Counted from the first letter of the whole stretch, positions 1-13,464 are shown. The stretch: DNA of 63,365 bases, filler included, from Octopus bimaculoides (GCF_001194135.2; 4 parts of 4 records of this genome joined end to end with filler, not necessarily neighbours in it); one strand, 5' to 3'. A program made the numbers and translations. The notes: generated from the sequence alone by a model not told the origin.

Positions 1-288
1 ATATACAATAACTACGAAATCATGATCTATAATTTAGTTCGTTTTTAAGGGGTTGGCTTTGAGAGTTGCATTTCCTCGCATTCGGTAAAAATGTGCTTTT
101 TATAGTAGTCTGACCTTAGAGTCCCTCATGGCGTGAGGCGTTATTATATAGTAATGCCCTTATATAAATATATATTTCGGGAATAAATGATGGATTTTTT
201 CCCTTATGAGGTTTTTTTCACGCTAGCTACTTGATAAATTCTTGTAAAAGAATTCGTCCTATTATTGAAATTTACCTATATATATATA

Positions 289-700
289 GGTGCAGGAGTG
301 GCTGCATGGTAAGTAGCTTGCTACCCAACCACATGGTTCTGGGTTCAGTGCCACTGTGTGGCACCTTGGGCAAGTGTCTTCTATAGCCTCGGGCCGACCA
401 AAGCCTTGTGAGTGGATTTGGTAGATGGAAGCCTGTCATATATATGTATATATATATATATGTGTGTGTGTGTATGTTTGTACGTCTGTGTTTGTCCCCC
501 ACCCCTAACATTGCTTGACAACTGATACTGGTGTGTTTACATCCCCGTAACTTAGCGGTTCGGCAAAAGGGACCGATAGAATAAGTACTAGGCTTACAAA
601 GAATAAGTCCCGGGGTCGATTTGCCCGACTAAAGGCGGTGCTCCAGCATGGTCGCAGTCAAATGACTGAAACAAGTTAAAGAGTAAAAGAGTAAAGAGTA
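289..700 (+). mobile_element. tRNA-derived SINE family A, near full-length
   Basis: Pol III-like head GGAGTGGCTGCATGGTAAG...GGTTCAGTGCC, CORE-like CCTTGGGCAAGTGTC, internal (TA/TG)n, 3' GGTGCTCCAGCATGG..GCAGTCAAATGACTGAAAC and (AAGAGT)n tail; recurs more than 10 times in the window. Confidence 0.9.
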
Positions 701-908
701 TTGGTTTCAAATTTTGGCACTAGGCCAGCAATTCCAGGTGGGGGAGTGGATTACATCAACCTCAGTATAGAACTGGTACTTATTTTATCAACCTCAAAAG
801 GTTGAAAGTTGAAGCTGACCCTGGCAGTATTTGACCTCGGAGTGTAAATTAGGAAGAAATGGTGTTAAGCATTTTATCTGGGACAATGTTGATTCTACCA
901 ACTTGCCG
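701..908 (-). mobile_element. SINE family B (GGCGGCGAGCTGGCAGAA head), diverged
   Basis: Reverse complement of the copy at 28242-28455. Confidence 0.75.
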
Positions 909-929
909 CCATCTTGATGTATATCTTTT

Positions 930-1207
930 ATCTTTTACTTTTTTACTTGGTTCAGTCATTAGACTGCGGTCATACTGGGGCACCACCTTGAAGAATTTTT
1001 AGTCAAATGTATCAACCCCTTTACAATTTTGTAAGCCTGGTACTTACTCTTTCGATCACTTCTGCCGAACTGTTAAGTTACAAGGACATAAACACACCAA
1101 CACCGGTTGTCTAGCAGTGGAGGTGGAGGGGACAACCACAGACATACACACATAGATATATGCATATACATATATAAATATATAAATATATATATATATA
1201 TATATAT

Positions 1208-1244
<37 letters not shown>
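930..1244 (-). mobile_element. SINE family A, 3' part running into gap
   Basis: Reverse complement of family A tail (TTCAGTCATT.GACTGCGGTCATACTGGGGCACC...). Confidence 0.85.
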
Positions 1245-1655
1245 NNNNNNNNNNNNNNNNNNNNNNNNNNNNNNNNNNNNNNNNNNNNNNNNNNNNNNNN
1301 NNNNNNNNNNNNNNNNNNNNNNNNNNNNNNNNNNNNNNNNNNNNNNNNNNNNNNNNNNNNNNNNNNNNNNNNNNNNNNNNNNNNNNNNNNNNNNAATATT
1401 ACACAAAGCAACTTGCAGATTGTTATGCATACAAGAAGATCCCTCCAATCTGATTGGTAGTTTTGATACTAATATGGAGAACTTTGAAGGGGACAAATTA
1501 TATGATCTAGTAGGTTTATGGTGTTGGTTTATGTCTGTTGGGTAAGACAAACTGATGTCTTTGAATAGTGTGAGCTGTTATAAATATTAAGAAATTCAGC
1601 ATAACTATAATGGCAAATGCAAACTTTACAACTATAAACTTCACTTTTGGGATGT

Positions 1656-1689
<34 letters not shown>

Positions 1690-1692
<3 letters not shown>

Positions 1693-1866
1693 TTTTATTC
1701 TTTTACTTGTTTCAGCCATTTGACTGTGGTCATGCTGGAACACCGCATTTAGTCAGGCAAATCGACTCTAGGACTTATTTTTTGTAAGCCTAGTACTTAT
1801 TCTATTGGTCTCTTTTGCCAAATCGCTAAGTTAGAGGGACATAAACACAACAGCATCAGTTGTCGA
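1690..1866 (-). mobile_element. SINE family A, 3' part
   Basis: Reverse complement of family A tail. Confidence 0.85.
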
Positions 1867-1947
1867 GGTATTTGTACTACAGAGCTTGAGCTGGTTCCAG
1901 CTGGGTTGGTATCAAAAGGGTTAAGAATTGTTTCTCGATTATATATT

Positions 1948-2177
1948 TTAACCCTTGTGTTACCATATTGCTGTTGAGATTCCCTGTGTTTCTTTCAATT
2001 AATTTAAAATATAACAAAGAATTTAGTAAAATAACTTAGTTATCATTGAGCTAGTGTTAGGAACATAAATTGTGACTAAGGTTTAGTGGAAGATTTTAAT
2101 TCAAAACTTATGAAAACAAGACATTTGTACTACAGAGCCAGAGGTAGTTTCAGCCGGGTTGGTATCAAGAGGGTTGA
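1948..2177. mobile_element. piggyBac-like non-autonomous MITE
   Basis: Ends TTAACCCTTGTGTTACCA / TGGTATCAAGAGGGTTGA (TTAA+CCCT TIR); related pieces at 1870-1924, 14665-14757 and 15140-15318. Confidence 0.65.
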
Positions 2178-2239
2178 TATTAGAAGGGATTATAATAATC
2201 TTTCTATTGTGTGTGTGTTTGTTAGATGGAAGTGGATAC

Positions 2240-2500
2240 ACACATACATACACACACACACACACATGCATGTGTGTGTGTTTGTGTGTGTCTCCTTGTC
2301 CTGATATCACATGATTGTTGTAAATGAATGTCATTCATTTCCAATATTCTGCAAAAACATGTATCGCCATGGAGAAATGTTACTTTGTTTAGGAACAGGT
2401 GAAGGTTGATGACAGGAAGGGCATCCAGCTGTAAAACACCTTCTTCAATGAATGATCCATGCAAATATGGAAAATTAAATGTTTAAATGACGTTAATGAA
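2240..2500 (+). mobile_element. Repeat with RTE-type LINE 3' tail (AGGAAGGGCATCCAGCTGTAAAA), diverged
   Basis: Same tail motif as 3884-4090 (-) and 10140-10410 (+). Confidence 0.5.
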
Positions 2501-3279
2501 GCCTATGCTCCCTGACAGAAAGGAGTAAAAGGAAACAAATGGAGAGAGAATGAACGAAATGGAGAGAGAAAGACTGTGTAGAATTCAGTAGTCCAACATG
2601 GCGAAATGGCTGGAAAAAAGAGGTTGCATGAAAGGAAGATAATAATAAAAAGAGGTTGAATGAAAGGGAGATAATAATAAATCAGTAATGGTGATCCCAG
2701 TGAACTAAGGTGCACAAGCATATGTGTGTATGTGAGAATGGTGTGTGTGAGTGTGTATATATTTACATTTGCATGTATATAAGCAAAAATAAGCTAAGTG
2801 AAAGAATTGAGAGTGGCCATCAGCATACATTTGAGCAACAGATAAAATACAGGTGTATCAAATACCATATAACATAAATTCTTGATTTATTAAAATTGTT
2901 TCACCCTTTACAGGATGGATCAATATTACCAAATAGCAATTAAGACCAACTCCACTTAGTGAAGGGGAGATAATCTTATGAATCAAGGATTCTCCAAAGT
3001 TGATGTCTCATTAAGAAGAAAGACTGGTTTATTGTATGGAGATAAGAGGAGAGTTGTGAACATGTTTCTACCTCAATAGTGTCATCAGCTTGACAATTGT
3101 CCTACTTTATGTCCAGTAGAGTAGCCAATGGACTTAGACTTACACAAAAAGAGTAGAACATATTTATGGCTTTCGTAATTTGCATATTTTAAACATAAAT
3201 AAGCTAAGGGAAATAACTCAGAGTGGTCAATGGCATGTATTGAACCATGTAAACACACACACACACACACACACACGTG

Positions 3280-3713
3280 TGTGTGTGGTTAGAAGTTTGC
3301 TTCCTAACTACATGATCCTAGGTTCAGTCCTACTGCAAGTGTCATCTACTATAGCCCCAGGTCAACCAAAGCCTTGTGAGTGGATTTGGTATGCAGATGC
3401 TGAAAAAGAAGTGCATTGTGTGTGTGTATGTGAGTGTGTGTATGTGAGTGTGTGTATGTGTATTAATGTATGTATATATATATATCAGTGTTTATCTGTG
3501 TGTTTATGTTTGTCTCCGACCATTGTTTGACAAGTGGTGTTAGTTTGTTTATGTCCCTGTAACTTAGTAGTTCAGCAAAAAGACACCAACGAAATAAATA
3601 GAACGCTTTAAAAAAAAATAAGAACTGGGGTCGATTTCATTGGCTAACATGCTACGAGGCAATGCCCCAGCATGGTCGCAGTCTAATGACTGAAATAGGT
3701 AAAAGACAAAAGA
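3280..3713 (+). mobile_element. SINE family A
   Basis: Aligns by eye to 289-700 over head, body and tail. Confidence 0.85.
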
Positions 3714-3714
3714 T

Positions 3715-3836
3715 ACATCATCATCCTCACTATTATCATCATCATCATCATAATCGTCATCATCATTATCATTATCATCAACGTCATTAACATCATCAGC
3801 ATCATCTTCATCTTCATCATTATCATCAACATTAGT

Positions 3837-3884
<48 letters not shown>
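3715..3884. repeat. (CAT)n trinucleotide microsatellite
   Basis: Direct sequence; source of the poly-D/poly-M pseudo-ORFs; probably the tail of the adjacent RTE-type repeat. Confidence 0.95.
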
Positions 3885-4090
3885 TAATGTTGGTTTCCAT
3901 GCTGGCATGGGTTGAATGGGTTTGACAAAGTACTAAATAAGCCAGAGAACTTCACCAGGCTCCAATTGCCTGTTTTGGCAGGGTTTCTACAGCTGGATGC
4001 CTGCCCTTCCTAATGCCAACCACTTTTCATAATGTACTGGGTGCTTTTTTTTACATGGTTCCACCACAGGTGCTTTTTACATGGCACCTC
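3884..4090 (-). mobile_element. RTE-type LINE/SINE 3' end followed by (GAT)n tail
   Basis: Reverse complement GTTGGCATTAGGAAGGGCAGGCATCCAGCTGTAGAAACC...AACCCATGCCAGCATGGAAACC..TTAGATGATGAT. Confidence 0.65.
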
Positions 4091-4668
4091 TATGTTATAT
4101 GTATATATATATATATTCATATATAAGAGTGTATACAGATATATACACAAAGACAAGACCTATGACAGGACTCCTTACATACTAGAAAGGGTAGTTAAAC
4201 CCAACCACGAAAAAATAACTCTAAAGGCATGCCAACAAACCACTAGAATGAGAAGAATTATTATTTTTAGTCAATCCCAAACTTGAGTTTCCCTATTAAT
4301 GTTAATGAGAAAATAAATTAATTTGTCATCTGTAGTTCATCAGTGGGATTGCTAAGACAATGCATAATTATGTAGCAATAATACGTACAGGAAAAGCACA
4401 TGTGAGCTACATCGTTATAACATGATGGATTCAAATTAAACATGCAGGCACATTTATGTAGCCAGCAGCAAATAATTAATTTTTAAAAACTGTGTATTAT
4501 AAGCCACAGAATTAGGAAGTTTACTGTGTAAGGGTAAACAATTAGAATAATTTATCATCAGTGTTTCGCATGCAAAATAGAGGTCTTCTCTTTGTGTTTA
4601 TATGTCTATATGCACTCTTATATATGAAAATACATCTTATGACTTTTATCATGCATGCAAACCAGTTG

Positions 4669-5048
4669 TTGGCACTCCGTCACTTACGACGACAAGGGTT
4701 CCAGTTGATCCAATCAATGGAACAGCCTGCTCGTGAGATTAACGTGCAAGTGGCTGAGCACTCCACAGACACGTGTAACCTTAACGTAGTTCTCGGGGAT
4801 ATTCAGCGTGACACAGTGTGACAAGGCTGACCCTTTGAATTACAGGCACAACAGAAACAGGAAGAAAGAGTGAGAGAAAGTTGTGGTGAAAGGGTACAGC
4901 AGGGTTCGCCACCATCCCCTGCTGGAGCCTCGTGGAGCTTTAGGTGTTTTTGCTCAATAGACACTTACAACGCCCAGTCTGGGAATCGAAACCGCGATCC
5001 TATGACCGCAAGTCCGCTGCCCTAACCACTAGGCCATTGCGCCTCCAC
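4669..5048 (-). mobile_element. tRNA-derived SINE family C, full-length, 16-bp TSD
   Basis: Head GTGGAGGCGCAATGGCCTAGTGGTTAGGG...GGTTTCGATTCCC; flanking direct repeats GCATGCAAACCAGTTG (4653-4668) and GCATGCGAACCAGTGG (5049-5064). Confidence 0.92.
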
Positions 5049-5607
5049 GCATGCGAACCAGTGGTAATAANNNNNNNNNNNNNNNNNNNNNNNNNNNNNN
5101 NNNNNNNNNNNNNNNNNNNNNNNNNNNNNNNNNNNNNNNNNNNNNNNNNNNNNNNNNNNNNNNNNNNNNNNNNNNNNNNNNNNNNNNNNNNNNNNNNNNN
5201 NNNNNNNNNNNNNNNNNNNNNNNNNNNNNNNNNNNNNNNNNNNNNNNNNNNNNNNNNNNNNNNNNNNNNNNNNNNNNNNNNNNNNNNNNNNNNNNNNNNN
5301 NNNNNNNNNNNNNNNNNNNNNNNNNNNNNNNNNNNNNNNNNNNNNNNNNNNNNNNNNNNNNNNNNNNNNNNNNNNNNNNNNNNNNNNNNNNNNNNNNNNN
5401 NNNNNNNNNNNNNNNNNNNNNNNNNNNNNNNNNNNNNNNNNNNNNNNNNNNNNNNNNNNNNNNNNNNNNNNNNNNNNNNNNNNNNNNNNNNNNNNNNNNN
5501 NNNNNNNNNNNNNNNNNNNNNNNNNNNNNNNNNNNNNNNNNNNNNNNNNNNNNNNNNNNNNNNNNNNNNNNNNNNNNNNNNNNNNNNNNNNNNNNNNNNN
5601 NNNNNNN

Positions 5608-5639
<32 letters not shown>

Positions 5640-6017
5640 CATATATATAGTTATAGTTTTGTTTCGAAACACTTGGACAGCGTAGAAGTGCTCAAGTTGA
5701 ACCTGAGGCGTTAGATAAGTATAATGAATATGAGAGAAAGAGTTCAAATCATGCAAACTACGGGTTTAATTAAGATAAAAATAAGAACTGTCCAAGCTGG
5801 AATATATATATTGATATATTAGAAATATTAAAATATAAAAATAGACATGGACATATAAATATATGGATATATAAACATAATAAGAATGGAATATAGATAA
5901 AAATGGTTCTTTTTTTAAAAATTAAAATCAAAATTAAAATATGGTGTACAGAGAAAATGATAAGTATTAAAAAGAGTTTGGGGTTATATGTTAGAAGAAA
6001 ATAAAGTATTCCAATGA

Positions 6018-6450
6018 TCGTTTCTGGAGTTCATTCGTACACACACACCCACACACACACACACACACACACACAACACACACATACACACACATATATA
6101 TATATACACACACACATATATATATATACACACACACACATTTTATACACATATATATGTATATAAACACATATTTACATATCTTCATACACACACAAAC
6201 ACACAACACACACACACAAACACACAACACATACACACAAAACACACATACACACACATATATACACACACACATTTTATACACGTGTATATGTATATAA
6301 ACACACATTTACATATCTTCATACACACACAAACACATAACACATGCACACAAAACATTCACACCCACATACATATAGATATACATGCATACATGCATAG
6401 ATACATACATGCATACATGCATAGATACATACATACACAAAACACACACA
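6018..6450. repeat. Compound (CA)/(TA)/(TACA) microsatellite with higher-order duplicated blocks
   Basis: Block ATTTACATATCTTCATACACACACAAAC recurs at about 6175 and 6308. Confidence 0.85.
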
Positions 6451-7589
6451 AACGTATATATTACTTTATATTCGCATGACAACAAGGAGGAAGAGATAGA
6501 GGCACAGTATAGGCTGAGAATGGAAGTTCTTACAACGATGACAATAAGATTGATGACAATAGGGATGAAGCTGCTACTGCTGATGGTGATTATGATAAAG
6601 GTGGTTGTGGTGGTGGTGTTGGTGGTGGTGTTGGTGGTGTTGGTGGTGGTGGTGATGAGGTTAGTGATGGTCAACAACGTTGATGGCAAAAGATTGAAAA
6701 TGATGAAGAAAGTGATGATGAAAATAGTGATGGTGATGAAGACGATGGCGATGAGGATGGTGGTGGTGGTGGAGGCAACGAAAATGTGATGGTGATGATG
6801 ATGAGGCTGATAACGAAGGTGACAATGAGGAAAACAGCGACAACAATGATACCAACAATTTAGCACGAAATATCGAAGATCTTCCGTAGAAACGCATCAT
6901 AATGGAACTAGTTCATTCCCCAGGAGCAATTTGAGTCAATGGAATCTATTAAGAACTGATTTTTCATATTTCGGGCACCAACTTGACATCTACTTCATTT
7001 TTGTCAAAGTATAGTTCTCTTCGCATACATATATCTATCTGCGTGTGTATCTGCATACGTGCATAAGCATTTCTCACTATATACACACGTATCTTTCTAC
7101 TTATGCACATATATATATATTTGTCTGTGTGCATGTGTCGACAAAATCCGCACTTCTGATTTCACTCCAGAATATACCTATATTGAATATTGCTTCCTGT
7201 TCAGCTTTAATATATTTATTTAGATAAAAGTTTGCTAAGAAATAATATTAAAGCAACGCACGTCACTGCGAGATAGTCTTCATCAAAACACCTGCTTCTA
7301 CAACAATATCTATCAACCGCTTTCTTATATATCTTTGAAACTGTTATCTCTTTGTTGTGGCAGATAATCGGTGAAGGAATCATAAGAGAGTGCTACCGTT
7401 TTCCATTATGGTCTTATCACTGCTGGAACTAACAACAGTTTCAAACAACTGTGTCTTCAGATATTTCACAAGACATTCAGGAATGACTCTATCTACAGAC
7501 TCTGCTTTATTCAGTTGCTTTCTTCTTATATAGAATGCTGCGGATTTATTTGTCACAAGTGTTGGTATGGGCACAGGCATGTTATAGAT

Positions 7590-7775
7590 GCAGGTGTGGC
7601 TGTGTGGTAAGAAGCTTGCTTCCCAACCACATGGTTTCAGGTTCAGTTCCACTGCATGGCACCTTGGGCAAGTGTCTTCTTCTATAGCCTCAGGCTACCC
7701 AAATCCTTGTGAGTTGACTTGGTAGACAGAAACTGAAAGAAGCCTGTTTTATACACACACACACACACACACACA
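7590..7775 (+). mobile_element. SINE family A, 5' half
   Basis: GCAGGTGTGGCTGTGTGGTAAGAAGCTTGCTTCCCAACCACATGG head. Confidence 0.85.
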
Positions 7776-8077
7776 TAAATATGTATATATTTATATATTT
7801 TATCAACAATAAAAGAGGAATTCATTCAAGATTAATTAATTAAAGAGGTATTAATGAAAGACAATGTAAAGGAGCTTTAAATGAGATGTGTCTTATTTAC
7901 AGATAAGGTGTATATTTGTAATAAAAGAGATAATTAAAGTTATGTCATAATTAAAGACATTGTGAAGTGGCATTAAAAAAGGCAATAAAATTGTATCTGA
8001 TTAGAGGCTCTGTAAAGTGGCTTTTGATAAGATGTGTCTTATTTATAGATGAGATATATCTTACAGTAAAAGTGACG

Positions 8078-8568
8078 TTAATCCTCTAGCATTTAAACTA
8101 ATCATACCTAGCCCAAATATTCTACATGTTTTACATTCAAACTGGCCATATCTAACCTCTCGCACCTAATGTGGCAATGCATGGCTTAGTGGTTAGGGTG
8201 TTAGACTCATGATCCTAAGATTGTGGTTTTGATTCCTGGACCGGATGATGTATTGTGTTCTTGAGCAAAACCCTTCATTTCATGTTGCGCCAGTCCACTC
8301 AACTGGCAAAAATGAGTAACCCTGCTTTTGACCAGCGTTCCATCCATGTAGGGAATTTATATCCTATGAAACTGGAAAGTCAGTCTTTATGAGATGGTGT
8401 GGCTAGAGAAGGAACTTTTTTCTCACATCTAATCTGCACTGGCATTCTAAAAATAAGCAATCACATCATAGAAATCTGAAAGCTATGAGATAATCCATGA
8501 TTAACTCAAAGCAAATTGAATAAATAAGGATTACATTTGACAGAGTAATCTGAACTCTAAAGGATTAA
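8078..8568. mobile_element. piggyBac-like MITE containing a nested SINE
   Basis: TTAATCCTCTAG at 8078 and CTAAAGGATTAA ending 8568 form TTAA-bounded inverted ends. Confidence 0.65.
8172..8420 (+). mobile_element. CORE-like tRNA SINE nested in MITE
   Basis: TGGCTTAGTGGTTAGGG A-box, TTGATTCCTGG B-box, TTCTTGAGCAAAACCC...CCAGTCCACTCAACTGGCAAAAATGAG CORE-like block. Confidence 0.75.
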
Positions 8569-8689
8569 AGAGATATCATATTTAAAGGCTCTGTAAAAGG
8601 GCTCTAAATATAAGGTCTCTTAGATGAGATATGCACCATGAACAGTAAACAAGGTATTAATTTTAGATGTGTCATATGTGAAGACACTG

Positions 8690-9016
8690 CGGCACTCTGC
8701 TGGCTATGATGGTGAGGGTTCCAGTTGATCTGATCAACGGAACAGCCTGCTCATGAAATTAACATGTTAATGGCTGAGTACTCCGCAAACATGTTCACCT
8801 TTAACATAGTTCCCAGGGAGATTCAGTGTGACATAGAATGTGACAAGGCTGGCCCCTTTGAATTACAGGTACAACTCATTTTTGCCAGCTGAGTGGACTG
8901 GAGCAGCATGAAAACAAGTGTCTTGCTCAAGGACACAGTGCTTTGCCAGGAATTGAACTCATGACCTCACAATTGTGATCTGAATATCCTAAGCCACTAA
9001 GCCATGCACCTTCACA
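8690..9016 (-). mobile_element. SINE family C variant (CORE-like) with 9-bp TSD
   Basis: Shares 3' body with 4669-5048; AAGACACTG at 8681-8689 and 9017-9025. Confidence 0.88.
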
Positions 9017-10139
9017 AAGACACTGTAAAAGGGTCTTAAATAAAATGTGTCTTATCTATAGTAAAAGGTATTAATTAAAGATGTGTCATATTCAAAGATG
9101 TTATGAATTTGCATTAAATAAGATGTGTCTTAGAAGAGATATGTATTCTCAGCTGTGAAAGAGGAATTAATTCAAGATGTGTCATATTTAAAGACTCCGT
9201 GAAATAGCATTAAATCAGATCTGCTTTATTTAACTATTCAGTATTAAAGAAGAGATATAATAATAATAAAAAATTTAAGTACGAATAGCGTAGGAGTTGT
9301 TAATGGTTGCAGGGGTGGGGGTGGGGGTGGGTGGTATGTTGCATTCTACTTAAGGACAGAGATAAAAGAGAAGATAAGAACAGTAGTGAGTAGCAGGTAG
9401 GAGTGGTGGGTTGGATAGCGTATCTATTTGTCCATCCATAGTTTTCTTCACTTCAACATTTGAAATACTTAGGTTTCCAACCAACCAGAATCTTCCACAA
9501 CCATTTCTAAACCGTTCTTCACACACACAAACACATGGACTCCATGCTTTTCCATAATTACAAAATCAATACAGCCTTTTAAGTAAGACAATATTCTATG
9601 GATTGGCATTACCATAATTTACTCAATCACATCTCATAATGTAGATATGTTGTCTCACCGTTTCCTAGGAAACCTGTATCGGGTAAAACACCCAACGCCA
9701 AATCCAATACGTTTCAACTACTTTTCATTCTGTTGCAGCGTTGCTGTCTTTCATTTTGCTTTTGATATGGTTAAGCCAGGATTACTTGGTAAATATATGA
9801 GCTTTATAATGTCTGACTTATAATGTTTCTTATCTATGATGATGGTATTTATGTAAAGCTTAAAACAAAGCAGAGATCAAGATCTGCTTTTAGATTAGCA
9901 GGTCTATGAGGTAATATATTAGAGAAGGAATATACAGTGTCGTTTTGGATATTCTTGCTAGTGACAGCTTCAACCGAGGAATCATACAACCATTTGTTTG
10001 GTTTGCTAGAAACAGCAGCTAGGTCTTTCTTGAATCATCACTGAGGAAATGACAAGGGACCAGGAGAGGTGGTCATTTTCTGAACTTGATGTGTCAAGCT
10101 AAGTAGAATCACTGTCTCCCACACATACAGGCTTGTCCT

Positions 10140-10373
10140 TTCAGGTGCCGGTGCCACTCAAGAGGCACCTGCGCCAGTGGCTCATAAAAAGCACGCAACA
10201 TACTCTGTTAAGGGATTGGTTTTCGGAAGGGCATCTAGCCATAGAAACCATGCCATATAGAGATTTGGAGTGTTGACCATTCCCTGCTAGCCGGCTCCAT
10301 GTCAAACTGTCCAATCCATGCCAGCATGGAGTGCAAACATTAAACAATGATGAGGATGGGGAGGATGATGATG

Positions 10374-10410
<37 letters not shown>
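10140..10410 (+). mobile_element. RTE-type LINE/SINE 3' end with (GAT)n tail
   Basis: GGAAGGGCATCTAGCCATAGAAACC...TCCAATCCATGCCAGCATGG..ATTAAACAATGATGA. Confidence 0.65.
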
Positions 10411-11084
10411 GCCCCATTAGATAATGTAGTCCAAGATATCCGTAAAATGTAAGGATCACCTGGACTCAATCGTCTTTGATCATAGGGGAGATTGGTTAGA
10501 GTAGAATAAGTCGATGGTAGAGTGGGGGGGGGAGAGAAGTCTTTGTGGTTTCTCATCATCATCGCCATCATGAGCACCGCCACATATACATATATATGTG
10601 GGGTGCAATGGGTAACTCGTCGCCACTTTATATTTTTAATTTTGTACATGTGCATTATTTATTTTAGATTTTGTCAACTACACAGTAGAGTAGGGTCAGT
10701 TGGGCACCGTCTTTAAGAAACCAGTGGCACAGCTAATAGAAGAGCGAAGGGAGCTGCTGCTCCCTTGTGGGCACATTTTTTCAAAATTGGTGCCTTTCCT
10801 ACAATTTCTTTAACTCTTTAGTTCACTTGTGCAATAAAAAGTTGAATCTATCTTTTCCTTTTGTCAATCACATGACTTTGGTAAAACTTTCTGGACTTAA
10901 TTTGACCAACCTCCCGTGTTTTTAAACTGCCTGCTCAATCTCCTGTGATGTGTTGGTGGCTACTGACCTCTGAAGAACCAAAGCCCAGGCATCATAACCT
11001 CTCAATACTGGATTATCCGGTGGAGTTTCATCTTTTTTATGTCACACTTGTATCAGTAGATTATGTGTTTCACACATAATCCTT

Positions 11085-11290
11085 TCTACTATAGGCATAA
11101 AGCCTGAAATTTTGGGGGAGGGGGCTACTCAATTACATTGACACCAGTGCATAACAGGTACTTATTTCATTGACCCAGGAAAGATAAAAGGCAAAGACAA
11201 CCTTGGTAGAATTTGAACTCAGAACATAAGGACAGATGAAATGCCTTTTGCCCAGTGTGCTAATGGTTCTACCTTTAGCTGGCTGCCTTT
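11085..11290 (-). mobile_element. SINE family B
   Basis: CTTTCTACTATAGGCATAAAGCCTGAAATTTTGGGGGAGGG...GAATTTGAACTCAGAAC; reverse complement of 28242-28455. Confidence 0.85.
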
Positions 11291-11457
11291 TTCCATACAT
11301 AACGACATCGTTACTGAAACATGAAATTAATGAGTATAGAATACAATTACATATGTTAAGAGAAATGAGTTTGAAATTGTTTGGTGTGGGTCATGGCGCC
11401 ATTTTTTATGTGCTCGCTCCTAACTTTAGAACCTGGCTACAGCTCTGATACATATAC

Positions 11458-12108
11458 ACTTCATACATACATACATACATACATACATACATACATACAT
11501 ACATACATACATACATACATACATACATACATACATACATACATACATACATACATACATACATACATACATGCATACATGCATACATACATGCATACAC
11601 ACATCATACATACATACTCACAAACACACATACATACATACATGCATACATACATATATACATACATACACATCATACACACATACACACATACATAGAC
11701 ACATGATACATATATACATACATACACACACACATCATACATACATACACATCATACATACATACATACACACACATCATACATACATACACCCACACAT
11801 ACATACACACATACATACATACATACATACATACATACACACACATACATACACAAATACATAATACATATACAGAAACACACAGTCATGCATACATCCA
11901 CACATGCGCACATACACACATACACACATACATACATACACACATATATAAAGACACATACTTCACACATGCATATACACACACAGACATTCATAGACAT
12001 ACAGATAGAGGTGTACATATGCATAACTGCACAGATACACACGCGCACATAGTCATATGCATAAATATTCCTGTTTGTATATATAACACACAAATGCACA
12101 TACGCATA

Positions 12109-12146
<38 letters not shown>
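11458..12146. repeat. (TACA)n/(CA)n microsatellite
   Basis: Direct sequence. Confidence 0.95.
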
Positions 12147-12147
<1 letters not shown>

Positions 12148-12227
12148 GTTATTGACTAATGGCATGTTACATTAGTTACGGTTACTTGTCCATCACAAAA
12201 TAATTTATTGCAATATCGCAACAAGTT

Positions 12228-12266
12228 CCTCATCTTCATCACCATCACCATCACCATCATCATCAC

Positions 12267-12299
<33 letters not shown>

Positions 12300-12746
12300 A
12301 GTCGTCATCATAATTGTCATGATTGATATCATCATGATTGTCATTTGCCATTGTCATCATCATCATTTCTATCATCACCATCGTAATCGTCATCATTACC
12401 AACATCATTATCCTTCTTTTTCTCCTCTTTCTCCTCCTCCTCATCATCATCCTGATTGTCATTTCCCATTGTCATCATCAGTACCATCCTCCTCTTCCCC
12501 TTCCTCCCCTTCCCCTTCCTCCTCTTCCCCTTCCTCCTCTTCCTCCTTCTCTTCTTCTTCCTCCTCCTCCTCCTCTTTACCACCACCACCACCACCATCG
12601 TTGTAGTCCTCCACCTCCTTATCATACTGATTGCTGACATCATCATCATGATTATCATTTGCCATTGTCATCATCATCATTTCTATCATCACCATCGTAA
12701 TCGTCATCATTACCAACATCATTATCCTTCTTTTTCTCCTCTTTCT
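12228..12746. repeat. (CAT)n/(CTC)n low-complexity tract with a ~90-bp exact internal duplication next to a gap
   Basis: 12341-12432 repeated at 12656-12746. Confidence 0.85.
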
Positions 12747-13464
12747 NNNNNNNNNNNNNNNNNNNNNNNNNNNNNNNNNNNNNNNNNNNNNNNNNNNNNN
12801 NNNNNNNNNNNNNNNNNNNNNNNNNNNNNNNNNNNNNNNNNNNNNNNNNNNNNNNNNNNNNNNNNNNNNNNNNNNNNNNNNNNNNNNNNNNNNNNNNNNN
12901 NNNNNNNNNNNNNNNNNNNNNNNNNNNNNNNNNNNNNNNNNNNNNNNNNNNNNNNNNNNNNNNNNNNNNNNNNNNNNNNNNNNNNNNNNNNNNNNNNNNN
13001 NNNNNNNNNNNNNNNNNNNNNNNNNNNNNNNNNNNNNNNNNNNNNNNNNNNNNNNNNNNNNNNNNNNNNNNNNNNNNNNNNNNNNNNNNNNNNNNNNNNN
13101 NNNNNNNNNNNNNNNNNNNNNNNNNNNNNNNNNNNNNNNNNNNNNNNNNNNNNNNNNNNNNNNNNNNNNNNNNNNNNNNNNNNNNNNNNNNNNNNNNNNN
13201 NNNNNNNNNNNNNNNNNNNNNNNNNNNNNNNNNNNNNNNNNNNNNNNNNNNNNNNNNNNNNNNNNNNNNNNNNNNNNNNNNNNNNNNNNNNNNNNNNNNN
13301 NNNNNNNNNNNNNNNNNNNNNNNNNNNNNNNNNNNNNNNNNNNNNNNNNNNNNNNNNNNNNNNNNNNNNNNNNNNNNNNNNNNNNNNNNNNNNNNNNAGT
13401 GGGGGAAAGATACTATTTTTTGACCCTGGCTCTGGATATGAGGTGAGGAATATTGCATAGAATA

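Larger units (their letters stand above)
7810..9240. repeat. Degenerate tandem array (recurring AGATGTGTC(T/A)TATT, AAAGAGG.ATTAATT) interrupted by nested TEs
   Basis: Motif recurs on both sides of the insertions at 8078-8568 and 8690-9016. Confidence 0.6.

Noticed and set aside
12341-12746. Exact ~90-bp duplication in (CAT)n tract
   Set aside because: Abuts a gap in low-complexity DNA; likely assembly artefact or slippage.
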